Source: Nostoc sp. DedSLP01 (lineage in GTDB: Bacteria; Cyanobacteriota; Cyanobacteriia; Cyanobacteriales; Nostocaceae). Taken from it: a DNA stretch of 64,000 bases. The stretch covers positions 1-64,000 of the forward strand of contig JAVRCJ020000034.1 of NCBI GenBank assembly GCA_034530875.2, read 5' to 3'. The notes under the pieces are model-generated. The model was not told the DNA's origin. It did not search any database and worked only from the letters and a program-made list of their open reading frames with translations. Shown here piece after piece: positions 9,738 through 19,848 of this stretch (position 1 is its first letter; each line of letters begins with the position of its first letter). The translations under genes were made by a program, and so were the position numbers.

Positions 9738-12329
9738 ATGTTAGTCAGGAATAAAATTCTCTGGTTGAGGCTTTGGCGTCAGTTACTTCGACCTAAACGC
9801 TTGGCTTTTTTTGAAGCTTGCCTGATTGGTCTAGTTTCTGGACTAGCGGCAGTTCTTTTAGGACAGGCAGTCGACTGGGCAGGTGCATGGCGAGTACATG
9901 TTTCTTATCTTTGGCCTGCCTACTTGGTGCTACCAGCTATAGGACTTGTAGGAGGAATCTTAGCTGGTTGGTTAGTAGAGCGCTTTGCACCTGAAGCATC
10001 AGGTAGTGGAATGTCTGAAGTCAAAGCAGTATTGGCTCGCGTGCCGATGCCGTTAAATCTGCGGATTGCTTTGGTCAAGCTGGTGAGCGCTACATTAGTG
10101 CTGGGTTCTGGAATGCCTTTAGGACGGGAAGGACCGACCGTGCAAATTGGGGCAGCTTTGGCAAATGGGCTGAGTAATTGGGTGCCAACTTCCCCAGAAC
10201 ATCGTCGCCAACTCATCGCTGCCGGCGCTGGGGCTGGGTTAGCTGCGGCTTTTAATGCACCGATCGCTGGCGTACTCTTTGTAGTAGAAGAACTATTGCA
10301 AGATGTCTCAGGCATCACGCTTGGCACTGCGATTTTGGCTTCCTTCATCGCTTCAGTCATCTCCCGACTCTATGGCAGTCACAGTCTGGAACTGAATCAT
10401 CTGAATTTAGCACTTCCAGATACCACCTTCTTCGCTCAGGAAATTCCTTTTTACTTGATTTTGGGAGTGCTGGCCGGGTTATTAGGCATTATGTTTAATA
10501 AAGGTGTTCTTGCGAGTCTAGCAATTAATCGCCGCGTCCTACACCTGAGTTTACCTTGGCGAATTGGCATTGTTGGGTTAGTCACTGGTGTTGCTATCGC
10601 TCTATTGCCGATAACCTTTCGTAATAATGCCGGGCTAAGAGAGATTTTACTCATAGGTGACACTAACTGGCTATTTGCAGCGATCGCTCTTGTAGTCCAA
10701 TTTACTTTAATCCTTTTAACTTACGGCTCTGGAGCGCCGGGAGGTTTACTAGTTCCTACCTTAGCGTTGGGAGCTGCCCTTGGTTATTTAGTGGGTGGTG
10801 TCGAACACAGTTTGCTGGGAATGAGTGCTGCAACAACTTATGCTCGTGTGGGTATGGCTGCCTTTTTTAGCGCCGTCTGTAAAGTACCAATTACAGCAGT
10901 CATCATTGTGTTTGAGATGACTACAGATTTCAATCTGGTGCTACCGTTAATGATTGTGTCTGTAGTTGCCTATTTAGTAGCAGAAAAAATCGACCCGCGA
11001 TCGCTCTACGACCTGCTACTAGAGTGGAAAGGGATTCACATTACAAAAGAGCCAAATACAGAGGGATTTTTAGCACAATTAACTGCCGCAGATGTGATGC
11101 AGCGGCGTGTTGAAACTCTATCTAGCCAGATGAGCGTTGATGAAGCAGTACAAGCATTTTCCCAATCTCACCATCGCAACTTCCTAATTTTAGAAAATGG
11201 CAAACTTGTTGGCATTGTCACCCAAAAAGATTTAATTAATATTGCCTCGCAACAGTTTGGTGGAGATAGAACTGTTAGCGAAATTATGACACCAGAGCCA
11301 GTAACAGTCAGCCCCACAGCTACACTCGCTCATGTCTTGCATATACTCAATCGCTATCACCTGAGTTGCTTGCCTGTTACGGAAGGTCGCAAGCTAGTAG
11401 GAATTATCACCCGTAGCGATATTATCCGTGTAGAAGCAGAGCGACTCAGCGGCAACACCGAACAGATAGAACCGAAATCAGCACCATCTTATGTAGTTTC
11501 CCAAACCCGCGCCCCGGCTACAGGCAAAGGCAGGCTACTAGTACCACTTTCACATCCACAGACAGCCCAGACTTTACTGGAAATGGCAGCAGCGATCGCT
11601 AAAGATCGCAATTACGAAATAGAATGCTTACAAATAATTATCGTTCCATCCAGCCGCATCCCATCAGAAACGCCAGTAGACACCACTAAAAGCGATCGTC
11701 TTTTGCAAGGGGCAATCCTGTTAGGAGAGAAGTGGCGAATTCCCATTCACACTCAGATTCGAGTTGCCCATAATGTTGCTGGGGCAATTTTGGAAACTGT
11801 CAAAGAACGACATATTGATTTAGTATTGATGGGTTGGAAAGGTACTACATCAACTCCTGGTAGAGTTTTCAGCCGAGTGGTGGATACTGTAATTCGCCAA
11901 GCTCCTTGTGATGTTGTCTTGGCTAAATTGGATGGTAAAAAAGCCTTTGACCGTTGGTTGCTGCCAATGGCAGGCGGCCCTAACTCCAAGCAAGCAATTA
12001 AATTATTACCTGCCCTTGCTTCTCTAAGCACATCACCCTCCATTAATCTATGTCAAGTATTCCAATCTAGTGAATCTCTACCGGATACAACATTACTAGA
12101 TAAATCTGTTCGCTTTCTCCAACGCCGAGTTAAAGGTAAGGTAACGGCTACTCCAGTCCGGGCTAATTCTGTTCCTGAGGCTGTACTTGAGTGTGCCGAA
12201 CAAGAGAATAGTGATGTGATTGTTTTAGGAGCTAGTCGTGAGAGTTTACTGCAACAGGTGATGCAAGGCAATATTCCAGAAAATATTTCTCGCAAGAGTA
12301 ATTGCACAGTGATTATGGTGAAAACCTAG
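9738..12329 (+). CDS. ClC family chloride channel/antiporter with CBS pair and USP domains
   Basis: GSGMSE, GREGPTVQIG and AAAFNAPIAG motifs, then CBS repeats and USP-like domains. Confidence 0.93.
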   Translation: MLVRNKILWLRLWRQLLRPKRLAFFEACLIGLVSGLAAVLLGQAVDWAGAWRVHVSYLWPAYLVLPAIGLVGGILAGWLVERFAPEASGSGMSEVKAVLARVPMPLNLRIALVKLVSATLVLGSGMPLGREGPTVQIGAALANGLSNWVPTSPEHRRQLIAAGAGAGLAAAFNAPIAGVLFVVEELLQDVSGITLGTAILASFIASVISRLYGSHSLELNHLNLALPDTTFFAQEIPFYLILGVLAGLLGIMFNKGVLASLAINRRVLHLSLPWRIGIVGLVTGVAIALLPITFRNNAGLREILLIGDTNWLFAAIALVVQFTLILLTYGSGAPGGLLVPTLALGAALGYLVGGVEHSLLGMSAATTYARVGMAAFFSAVCKVPITAVIIVFEMTTDFNLVLPLMIVSVVAYLVAEKIDPRSLYDLLLEWKGIHITKEPNTEGFLAQLTAADVMQRRVETLSSQMSVDEAVQAFSQSHHRNFLILENGKLVGIVTQKDLINIASQQFGGDRTVSEIMTPEPVTVSPTATLAHVLHILNRYHLSCLPVTEGRKLVGIITRSDIIRVEAERLSGNTEQIEPKSAPSYVVSQTRAPATGKGRLLVPLSHPQTAQTLLEMAAAIAKDRNYEIECLQIIIVPSSRIPSETPVDTTKSDRLLQGAILLGEKWRIPIHTQIRVAHNVAGAILETVKERHIDLVLMGWKGTTSTPGRVFSRVVDTVIRQAPCDVVLAKLDGKKAFDRWLLPMAGGPNSKQAIKLLPALASLSTSPSINLCQVFQSSESLPDTTLLDKSVRFLQRRVKGKVTATPVRANSVPEAVLECAEQENSDVIVLGASRESLLQQVMQGNIPENISRKSNCTVIMVKT

Positions 12330-12510
12330 TTATGGCAGGAGGCAGGAGGCAGGAGGCAGAAGGCAGTCACAACGTCACAACGAAACAAGTTTCACAAGCC
12401 TTGAATGAAAGTGTCTTTCTCCCCTTGTCTCCCCTGCTCCCCCTGCTCTTTCAAGTCAAAAGGTAAAAGTATTACTATTCCTAGCATTTAAAGGCGAGTA
12501 TACAGTAAGG

Positions 12511-12996
12511 CTACTCCATGCTTGGGGTTTTTTCAAATTGCACCATCATCAAAACAGCTGGCGCATCGCCTACTGTTCCAGATAGATGACCCTTACGGCC
12601 TTGTGCGTCCTCTTTTGTGCCTTGGTCTCCTCCAAATGAAATTTCGCCAGGGCCCATTTCTACTCGCTGACCATCCATAGTCTCTACAAACCAACGTCCC
12701 GACAGGGGAACAACCCACTGAGGCTTCGGATTCTCATGCCATTCTCCAACCCATGCAACTGGTAGGACAGTAAACGTAACTGTAGCACCAGACTGTTTCA
12801 ATTGAGCTAGCCATTGAGGAGAGGTATTCGGTGCTATGCCTTTGTCAAAGAAGTCCTGAATTTGACGACGCGATTGGTGGCTTACACCGTTTTCGTCAGT
12901 CCAGACATGCCAATAGTCGATTGTTGGTGGTGTTTTCTTTTCATGAGAATCAGATGATTGAGAAGTTGTAGTTTTGTGTGATGAGTTAGTTTGCAT
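12511..12996 (-). CDS. Cupin domain protein
   Basis: WHENPKPQWVVPLSG ... GHLS cupin motifs. Confidence 0.8.
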   Translation of the reverse strand: MQTNSSHKTTTSQSSDSHEKKTPPTIDYWHVWTDENGVSHQSRRQIQDFFDKGIAPNTSPQWLAQLKQSGATVTFTVLPVAWVGEWHENPKPQWVVPLSGRWFVETMDGQRVEMGPGEISFGGDQGTKEDAQGRKGHLSGTVGDAPAVLMMVQFEKTPSME

Positions 12997-13057
12997 AAAT
13001 ATAGTCCGATTGAAAATGAACTGTTGACTGTTCCTTTATTTGATGAGAATCTGACAG

Positions 13058-15451
13058 CTAATAAACTGTAACTATATAATTACGTTCCTCCCATTTATTG
13101 CTTTTAATCCAGAAAAAGCTAAAAATGATTGGGTGTTGTTGTCGTTCAAAAATAGAAATATCTACATAATTCACTCCTAATTTGGTAGAGGTAGAAGGCG
13201 TATCTTTTACGGTTTGCCAATTATCATCTGACCAATGCAACTGAAAAGATACTAAAGCTTGAATTCGCAATGTATAGCCTTTTTTAACTCTGTTTATTTG
13301 ACGATTAAATTTCCAAATTTCTAACGATTTACATTGATTTCTTTCACCTAAATATCTATTCGCTACTTCTGGAATAAAATCAAATACCTGACCTTCTTTA
13401 GTTGACCGCAGCAGCTTGATATACTCGGCGTGCGCCCACATCAAGGGCATGGCTGAACCTGTTGGTTTTCCTAAATACATATACTCATCAGGTTTATCTG
13501 CTTCATCCCAAATTTGTTCCGGTAACAAACAAGTGTCTGAAGCAAATCCTTCCATTGCCTTGATATATGTTTTGACGTCGCCGCCAATAGCTAATTCATA
13601 ATGTCCGCGTTCTCCTGTCAAGAGAGGCCAAGCACGTCCTTTACCCCAACTTATATAAGGACTACCGTCTTCTTGCTGTCCATAGCCGTCGTGATTGTAA
13701 CGATGCCAACAAGGCCCGACAGGTGTATCGACTTTCAAGACTGCATCAATTACTTTGACAGAATCAACAATAATGGGGTCATCTGGTTTACGAATTCCAT
13801 AACGTACCAGTTGTAAAAACCCGCCATCGACAATTTCTTTTGCTGGAAATTCTGCTGGTTCGCCAGGTGGCTGGCTGGCGATGAAAATAGTTCCTTGGTT
13901 GGGATTTTCGTTTGGTTGAGGATTATTAATATCTGATGGAGTAATCCGAATATAATGCCGTTTGATACCAGGAACTAAGGTTCCTTCGGTAGTAACTGTC
14001 CAGTCTTCAATGTGACATTCCAAAAAATCGGCGTATTCTTCGATGAATTTTGCTGTTGCTTCATCACCACGTTCGCGGGCAAATTGGGCAGCACAAATTA
14101 AGCCAGCAATGTTAGAAGCGAGGGTAGAAGGTGAATAACCGCTGTTTTCTTCCCAGCGTTCTTGTTGGGTAACAGGGCTATGACGAATTAAATAACCTGC
14201 TGCCCGCAAAATCATGGGATAAATATCAAAGTTTAGCGGTACATTTTCTTGGTGTAAAAGCCACGCTAAAAGAATGGGAAATGCGACTTCATCGAGTTGG
14301 ATACCTGTCCAGTAAGGTTCGCCATCAACCCAGAAGTTTTGAGCAAAACCTCCATCTTCCTGTTGGCTGGTGGCGAGATAAATCAGCGATCGCACTGCTG
14401 TATCTGTTTCTCCAGCTGCCACTAAACCTGCTACACTGCTCACCATGTCCCGCGTCCAAACAAGGTGATATCCTCCTTGGTCTTGGTCGTCTTTGGCTTC
14501 ACCCCAAGGGATAGCTAGGGAAGCAATTAAAGCACCGGGATAAGTTTTGTCTTCATGTGCCAACAACAAACTAACGCTGTTGTGATACAACTTCCCATCA
14601 TCAAAGGAAACATTTTCTAATGGTTTGATGTCGCTGCGCGATCGCTTCCATTGTTCGTTATATTGCTGCTTCTGCCGTTCAAAAGGAATATTGAGCGACT
14701 GAAACAATGTGGAAATTGCATTGTGCAGGGTTGTACCAAATGCCAGCCCTAAGGTAAATTCGTTACTCTGCTCTAGATTTAATTTTCCTGTCAGAGCTAA
14801 GTTACCATCCACAGCACTATCGAAGTGCCAGTCCATCTGGAAATCATCAGCTAAATCTGTCCAGCCATCACTCTGACCGACATAGCCACAGGAAAGATGA
14901 GTAAACGGGACTGTTGCGCCTAGTGCTAGCCAAGTTCCTCCTTTTTCTGCTACGAGAACATTTCGTCCAGCTACTTCTACTATGTAGCCGTTATTATCTC
15001 TACCGCCAACTTCCAAGTGTGGCGCACACAAAGCGTATAACTGAAGTTGGTCAATAAACTCGCGCTTTCCTGTGATTTTTGTGTACTGTAAAATACAGGA
15101 TAAATGCGGGTCGGCGATCGCTTCTTTGATAATGGTATAACGCCGTTGTGGATCGGAATTAGTGATGCGGTAGCCTAAACCATAAGTCCACAGATGTTCT
15201 AGTTTTGATTGCAGATGGCGTTTTTCTTCGTGAAAAAAGCTCTTACCATCAGAAATTAGATATTGCAAATCCCGAATTTGGGGTCGGTCTACTGTAGGAT
15301 GATAGACTTCAGTCACAATACCATTCCAAACGGTAAACCAAACATGACTAGAGGTAGAGTAAGCTGTTCCGACTGCATCCTTATTAGCATGAGTCCAGCG
15401 CGGCTCAATACCTGGTGAGCCAAAAGCCTGTGTTTGACTAAGAATTTTCAT
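13058..15451 (-). CDS. Glucoamylase / glucan 1,4-alpha-glucosidase (GH15)
   Basis: AFGSPGIEPRW, GGYHLVWTRD, QERWEE, LPEQIWD and PLMWAHAEY motifs. Confidence 0.92.
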   Translation of the reverse strand: MKILSQTQAFGSPGIEPRWTHANKDAVGTAYSTSSHVWFTVWNGIVTEVYHPTVDRPQIRDLQYLISDGKSFFHEEKRHLQSKLEHLWTYGLGYRITNSDPQRRYTIIKEAIADPHLSCILQYTKITGKREFIDQLQLYALCAPHLEVGGRDNNGYIVEVAGRNVLVAEKGGTWLALGATVPFTHLSCGYVGQSDGWTDLADDFQMDWHFDSAVDGNLALTGKLNLEQSNEFTLGLAFGTTLHNAISTLFQSLNIPFERQKQQYNEQWKRSRSDIKPLENVSFDDGKLYHNSVSLLLAHEDKTYPGALIASLAIPWGEAKDDQDQGGYHLVWTRDMVSSVAGLVAAGETDTAVRSLIYLATSQQEDGGFAQNFWVDGEPYWTGIQLDEVAFPILLAWLLHQENVPLNFDIYPMILRAAGYLIRHSPVTQQERWEENSGYSPSTLASNIAGLICAAQFARERGDEATAKFIEEYADFLECHIEDWTVTTEGTLVPGIKRHYIRITPSDINNPQPNENPNQGTIFIASQPPGEPAEFPAKEIVDGGFLQLVRYGIRKPDDPIIVDSVKVIDAVLKVDTPVGPCWHRYNHDGYGQQEDGSPYISWGKGRAWPLLTGERGHYELAIGGDVKTYIKAMEGFASDTCLLPEQIWDEADKPDEYMYLGKPTGSAMPLMWAHAEYIKLLRSTKEGQVFDFIPEVANRYLGERNQCKSLEIWKFNRQINRVKKGYTLRIQALVSFQLHWSDDNWQTVKDTPSTSTKLGVNYVDISIFERQQHPIIFSFFWIKSNKWEERNYIVTVY

Positions 15452-15468
15452 AATCTAGCTTTGCTTTA

Positions 15469-15640
15469 TACCAATTCACGAAATTACTGATACAAATCAC
15501 TTCCTTTGCTCCACAGCAGTTGCTACAACGGGGAGCCATTGCGTTGGACGGGTTTCCCGGCTTGTACCGCTAACGCGGAACCCGCAGGGTAGCAAGTGGC
15601 GTGGGAACCACCAAGGGCGCACTGCCTCCTCTGCTTGCAC
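15469..15640. repeat. Composite MITE/SDR repeat between the CDF and glucoamylase genes
   Basis: TACCAATTCACGAAATTACTGATACAAATCA end resembles the reverse complement of 58540-58583; GC-rich palindromic units inside. Confidence 0.55.
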
Positions 15641-15670
15641 GCAGACGCAGAGAGTAATATGATAGTTTTT

Positions 15671-16606
15671 TTAGGCAGTTTGAGAAGATTTACGAGTAGC
15701 TGCTAAGGATTTAGCTTCGATAAATATTTGCTTAATTTCGGGATGTTTTTGGCGGATTTTAGCTTCTAAATTCTCGACTGTTGATGCTATTTCTTCACCT
15801 GTAAGTTTTTTGGAAAATTGAATTTCTAAGTTAAGTAATACTTCCTGTGGAGCAAGTTGCATTGTGAGTATACGTATGACTTCTTGAACTCCTGGTTCTG
15901 TTTTAGATAAAGAACGAATATTGGCTATGGTTTGAGGATTAGCACTTTCACCAACTAATAATCCTTTACTTTCTGTTGCTAATAATACTGCTACTATAGC
16001 TAAGATAACACCAATAATAATTGAGGCTACACCATCAAAATAAACATTATTAAATGTATGTCCTAAAAAAACTCCTAATAAAGCTACAATTAAACCTAAA
16101 ATTGCCGCAGAATCTTCAAATAATACTGTGAATACTGTCGGGTCTTTACTGCTTTTAATTGCTTGCCAAAAAGTTTGATTGCCTTTAGTTGGCAGAAACT
16201 CTCTTAAAGCTACAGTCCAAGAAAAACCCTCAAATACTATGGCTACACATAGCACAATATAATTCCACATTGGGTTTTCTAATCGGCTAGGGTTAATTAA
16301 ATGAGTGATTCCTTCATAAATAGACATTCCTCCACCAATGGCAAAGATGAAGATAGCGACAATTAAAGTCCAAAAGTAAAGTTCTTGTCCGTAGCCGAAG
16401 GGATGGCTATCATCCGCTGGCTTTTGACTCATCCGGATTCCCAGCAGCAGTAATAATTGATCGGCGGTATCTACCAGTGAATGAATACCCTCAGATAGCA
16501 TTGCTGAACTATTGGTAATAAAAGCAGCGATAAATTTAGTAATAGCGATCGCCAAGTTAGCACCCATCGCCGCAAAAATTGTTTTTTTAGATGAATCTGA
16601 AGCCAT
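15671..16606 (-). CDS. Cation diffusion facilitator family transporter
   Basis: SSAMLSEGIHSLVDT and HPFGYG motifs; about 6 TM segments plus a cytosolic C-terminal domain. Confidence 0.92.
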   Translation of the reverse strand: MASDSSKKTIFAAMGANLAIAITKFIAAFITNSSAMLSEGIHSLVDTADQLLLLLGIRMSQKPADDSHPFGYGQELYFWTLIVAIFIFAIGGGMSIYEGITHLINPSRLENPMWNYIVLCVAIVFEGFSWTVALREFLPTKGNQTFWQAIKSSKDPTVFTVLFEDSAAILGLIVALLGVFLGHTFNNVYFDGVASIIIGVILAIVAVLLATESKGLLVGESANPQTIANIRSLSKTEPGVQEVIRILTMQLAPQEVLLNLEIQFSKKLTGEEIASTVENLEAKIRQKHPEIKQIFIEAKSLAATRKSSQTA

Positions 16607-16698
16607 GAGGGTAAATAAATAATTTTATTCTGCTTTTTGACGTAGCTTTTTGCCTTGTGCTTGTTCTCTCCACACGTCATAAATTAAAGGGCATAACT

Positions 16699-17511
16699 TC
16701 AACCGTTCCCCGTAAAACCTGGATACAAAGTCATACCACCGTCTACAAACAGAGTTGTACCGTTAACATAATCAGAATCATCAGAAGCTAACCAAACTGC
16801 TGCTTTGGCTATGTCTTCTACATCACCGACTCGTTTTGCCGGAATCAATTGCAGTAACTTTGCTTCGGCTTGTGGGGTATCCCAAGCTGATTTGTTAATG
16901 GGGGTTTTGATTGCACCAGGGGCGATGCTATTAACACGGATTTTATGGGGAGCTAGTTCTTGGGCAATACTTTGCATCATTATATGAATACCGCCTTTAC
17001 TAGCAGCATAATTAACGTGACCTGCCCAAGGAATCACCTCATGGACTGAACTAATGCAGATAATCTTACCTGCGGCAGATGAAATCTGCGGTTGCACTCC
17101 TCGACGTAAGAATTCTTTGGCGGCTTCTCTAGCACATAAAAATTGTCCTGTTAAGTTTACCCCAATTACTGTATTCCATTGGTCAAGGGTCATATCTACA
17201 AAAGGTGAATCTTTTTGCAAACCTGCATTATTTACTAAGATGTCAATAGTTCCAAAGTTCTCGAGTGTTTGTTTAAACATCGCCTTTACTTGGTCTTCCT
17301 GGCTGACATCAGCTTGAATGGCAAAAGCTTCACCATTATTTGCTCTAATATCATCGACTATTTTTTGCGCTTCTTGGGCTTGCGAATGATAGTTAATAGC
17401 AACAGCTGCACCCGAGGAAGCTAAATAACGAGCTATAGCTTCACCAATGCCAGAACTAGCACCAGTTACAAGCGCTTTTTGACCTTTGAGCAGGTAAGGG
17501 GAATAGCTCAT
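16699..17511 (-). CDS. gdh: Glucose 1-dehydrogenase-like SDR oxidoreductase
   Basis: TGASSGIG, NNAG, SSVHE-x-IPW, YAASKGG and DGGMTLYPGF motifs. Confidence 0.85.
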   Translation of the reverse strand: MSYSPYLLKGQKALVTGASSGIGEAIARYLASSGAAVAINYHSQAQEAQKIVDDIRANNGEAFAIQADVSQEDQVKAMFKQTLENFGTIDILVNNAGLQKDSPFVDMTLDQWNTVIGVNLTGQFLCAREAAKEFLRRGVQPQISSAAGKIICISSVHEVIPWAGHVNYAASKGGIHIMMQSIAQELAPHKIRVNSIAPGAIKTPINKSAWDTPQAEAKLLQLIPAKRVGDVEDIAKAAVWLASDDSDYVNGTTLFVDGGMTLYPGFTGNG

Positions 17512-18199
17512 AATGTTTCCTTAAATTCTTAAAATCTAGGGTTTGTTGTCAATGGTGAAACAATACGCTTTCTATTAATTTTGGGATAATTATTTATGCA
17601 ATTCAACATTAATAACTGAGTCGCAAAGATGGATTTAACTTAATTGTTCAATCGGCAATCGAAATCATCAAGTATGTATTAAAGTTTCAATAGTTATTAC
17701 TTCGATCCTGGGATTAGTTTAAAACTTGGCTGTGGCGATCGCCTCCAGCTATTGGAATAATCAAGAATTATTTCAAAAGGATTAGATAAATTTCATTTAA
17801 TTTTCACAATTGTCTGAAATTATTAATTTATATAAGGTAGTAGCACTAAGTTTTTAAGTAAAAACATACATACTATTTATCTTAAAATTTTAAGAGCCTT
17901 AACAAGGTTAACTTGTTGGTTTTTATTTTAAATCACCCTTGAGATAGTATTGTTTATTCGAGTTATTAGATATGAGTTACTAAGAATTACTTTAATGAAA
18001 TAAATTTATATATGAAAACTCAAGGTAATTTTTATTCTCAGAGGTTGTTTTAAAAGTGGTTTGCTGTGACTTTAGGCACTTCTCTACTTTGGCGAGTATA
18101 AAAAATGAGTTAAGGCGATATGATTTATGAATACTTTTAGTTGTACCAATGCAGTACAGGTACAAAAAGTTAGAGCTATTGGCTTAACGGTAACAAATT

Positions 18200-18234
18200 G
18201 CGTAGACGCGAAGCGGCTTGTCGATAGACATCGC
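18200..18234 (-). repeat. SDR5-type small repeat inserted in a HIP1 site (27-nt net insertion)
   Basis: GCGATGTCTATCGACAAGCCGCTTCGCGTCTACGC on the minus strand; removing it restores TGCGATCGC (Cys-Asp-Arg). Confidence 0.75.
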
Positions 18235-18696
18235 TCTTTGAGTTTCTACACCCAAGCACTTCATTTTGAATTTGTTTCTGATATCACAGTTGCAGGAGAA
18301 GAATACAGCAATCTAGAAGATGTACCTGGGGCAAAAATTCGCGTTATTACTTTACGGCTAGGTGATGAACTCATCGAATTAATAGAGTATCTCAATGTAG
18401 AAGGAAAACCCATTCCCAGCGATTCTCAAAGTAATGACATCTGGTTTCAACATTTGGCAATTGTAGTCAGTGATATGGATCGCGCTTATGCTCATTTAGG
18501 TTCATTTCCCATTCAATCTATATCTCCTGCACCACAAACAATACCATCCGATAATGAAACATCTGGTGGTGTCCGTGCTTTCAAATTTAAAGACCCTGAT
18601 GGACACGATTTAGAGTTAATTTGGTTTCCGCCTGATAAGGGACAAGATAAATGGCATCAGAACACGAATCGCTTATTTTTGGGAATCGATCGTAGT

Positions 18697-18725
18697 GCGA
18701 TGTCTACGACGGGCTACGCCTACGC
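18697..18725 (+). repeat. SDR5 small dispersed repeat inserted in a HIP1 site (21-nt net insertion)
   Basis: GCGATGTCTACGACGGGCTACGCCTACGC, read as AMSTTGYAYA; removing it restores GCGATCGC (Ala-Ile-Ala). Confidence 0.85.
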
Positions 18726-18832
18726 AATTTCCAACACCGAACAAAGTCTACACTTTTATCGCAACCTCTTGGGAATGCAAGTTGATAGTCGCAGTCTCAA
18801 CTGGCGTGCTACTCAAGCTCGTATGGATAATT

Positions 18833-18940
18833 TATAGCTGTAGCCACATAGGTTAGGACATTTTCAAAGCTTGAATGCTGGGAATAGTAAGACTTTCCCT
18901 CCTGCCTCCTGCCTCCTGCCTCCTTCGTTAACTGAACCAA
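18833..18940. mobile_element. Partial MITE
   Basis: TATAGCTGTAGCCACATAGGTTAGGACA terminus, CCTCCTG heptamers inside, degenerate right end. Confidence 0.5.
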
Positions 18941-19050
18941 AAAATTATGCAGATATCAGCATTTCTCTCTTAAGTAGAATTAGAATTTCATAGTTGTTTC
19001 ACTTTTTTGTGAAAGCGTATTTAAAGAAGGCTTTTAGTAGTGGGTTGATT

Positions 19051-19806
19051 ATGCGGCTGATATTAGTTGAGGATGAAGCAGATTTAGGTGCAGCAATCAA
19101 ACAAGTCCTGAATCATGAGGCGTATATAGTTGATTGGTTTCTTGATGGGACTCAGGCATGGCAATATTTAGAAATCGGCTGGACTGAGTACACGCTGGGA
19201 ATTTTTGATTGGATGCTACCAGGAGTTTCGGGTGTAGAGTTGTGTAAACGGTTGCGAGCCTCCAAAGGAGGAGCTTCGCTAACGCGCTACTTTACTTTAC
19301 CTGTGTTAATGCTAACTGCTAAAGACCGAATGGAGGAAAAGATTATTGGTCTAGATAGCGGTGCAGATGATTATTTAGTTAAACCTTTTGATATGGCAGA
19401 ACTGCTGGCAAGATTGCGGGCATTACAACGCCGATCCTCCTACACAGGAACGACTGCATCCCAAGTCCAACCCCGACGCTTGCAATTAGGTTGCCTAACG
19501 CTCAATTACAGCACTCACGAACTTACTCGCCAGGATAGCCACGGACACAAACAAGTATTCTCATTAACCGTCAAAGAATTCCAATTGTTAGAATATTTCA
19601 TGCGGCATCCTAACCAAATTCTCAGCCGCGACCAGATTATTAATCAACTTTGGGAAATTGGTGCAGAACCAGTTAGCAATGTGGTAGCCGCACAAATTCG
19701 CTTATTGAGACGTAAATTAGGAGAAGAAGATAGCGAATCTTTAATTGAAACTATCTATGGTGTGGGTTATCGTCTTAATACTCAAGCTGCAAAAGTAAAC
19801 TGTTAG
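19051..19806 (+). CDS. rppA: OmpR-family response regulator (RppA/NrsR-like)
   Basis: MRLILVEDE, FDWMLPG, MLTAKD, GADDYLVKPF and SNVVAAQIRLLRRKL motifs. Confidence 0.88.
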   Translation: MRLILVEDEADLGAAIKQVLNHEAYIVDWFLDGTQAWQYLEIGWTEYTLGIFDWMLPGVSGVELCKRLRASKGGASLTRYFTLPVLMLTAKDRMEEKIIGLDSGADDYLVKPFDMAELLARLRALQRRSSYTGTTASQVQPRRLQLGCLTLNYSTHELTRQDSHGHKQVFSLTVKEFQLLEYFMRHPNQILSRDQIINQLWEIGAEPVSNVVAAQIRLLRRKLGEEDSESLIETIYGVGYRLNTQAAKVNC

Positions 19807-19848
19807 TTTCTGTTAGCTGGACGATACTTTAAGCAAGGTTCTCTAAAT

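Larger units (their letters stand above)
18127..18837 (+). pseudogene. VOC/glyoxalase family protein, 3'-truncated, with two in-frame SDR insertions
   Basis: WFQHLAIVVSD and FKDPDGHDLEL in the first domain; the second VOC domain stops early at a TAG that coincides with a MITE end. Confidence 0.7.
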
